NCBI GenBank assembly: GCA_001244265.2
Contig: CDLV01000009.1
Coordinates: forward strand, 496,001-560,000
Origin: Microbotryum violaceum
Lineage: Eukaryota
Length of the DNA: 64,000 nt
Reading direction: 5' to 3'
In this document: positions 63,323 through 64,000 of the stretch, in pieces
How the letters are laid out: each line of letters begins with the position of its first letter
How positions within the stretch are numbered: the first letter of the stretch is position 1
Made by a program: the position numbers and the translations under genes
Notes under the pieces: generated by a model
What the model saw: only the letters and a program-made list of their open reading frames with translations
Database searches by the model: none
Told to the model about the DNA's origin: nothing

Positions 63323-64000
63323 GCATTGCGCCATAGTAGCCCCTGAGTACGCAAACCACCTTTACCTTCCGTCTCAAAGCTGACGTGATCACATATAGGA
63401 GCGCTGAGATTTTTTAGCACGGAGACCCCACGGGCGAAATTTCCTTATCGTGAGCGTAGTGTGCACATCGGCTAGCCGTGGTCCCAGCGAAACTTTATTC
63501 CATGGGAGGAGCTGTTGTGTTGCCCCTTGTTCAGGTGGATATCAGTGGATTGCTGTTTGCTGCCCTCGGAGTAGTCTGAGACCGCGTGACCAAAAATAGG
63601 CATCGTAATTGTGACTGGCGTCCCTAGCGCGCCAGTAGCGCGCGGTGCGATGTGCGACATTACCTTGGCGTTTGATCCGCGACCAGTGGAACGGCGCCAA
63701 TCCGCGCGATGACACGCCACAAAATCGTTTTGCCGTGGGGCTCCAAGTGCGGTATCCACACCAGGGCAATCCTGCAGTTGCATGTGAGCTTGTAGGGAGC
63801 GAACTAGTCGTAGGGAGCGATCTCAGTTGTTCCTTATTAATGCTAGAAGCACGCGGTTCGCCCAAGGCGCAGAGCTCTCGGCTAAAAATTGCTCGATGTC
63901 GCCATCACGGAGCCTCACGGAGCTTGCCGAGATGAAGCCCCCGAGTTGGCCTGCTCCTTTTCTCTATCTTGCGCATCCCCCACTGCTCGACGATCGACTC

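Overview
Intron-rich fungal chromosomal DNA. Gene content and intron style suggest a basidiomycete, plausibly Pucciniomycotina; this is inference only. About 18 spliced protein-coding genes are recognisable: GRR1 (partial), ARB1, TCTP, RPS11, lipoate ligase, NOB1, LEU2, SIW14, VAC14, UGA2, an OCH1-like GT32, PTC5, RRN3, a HAD phosphatase, a GT92-like transferase, eIF3d, an HBN1/FRM2 nitroreductase, TRAX and PDB1. The main accessory feature is a full-length ~7.1 kb L1/Tx1-type non-LTR retrotransposon lying head-to-head ~60-80 bp upstream of an intron-containing tRNA-Thr(CGT) gene. It has a 5' (CACTT)21 array, a TAATG stop/start overlap between ORF1 and ORF2, and eight single-base homopolymer deletions but no nonsense codons. 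I also find an unannotated box C/D snoRNA (compensatory C/D variants, 12-nt antisense to 25S rRNA next to the A-loop) inside the intron of an apparently non-coding host transcript. Other items are a structured TCTP intron with antisense patches to the 18S 3' end and a near-perfect 52-bp x8 minisatellite between two convergent genes. CDS coordinates span introns and were assembled by eye. rRNA matches rely on my recollection of the S. cerevisiae sequences and need checking.
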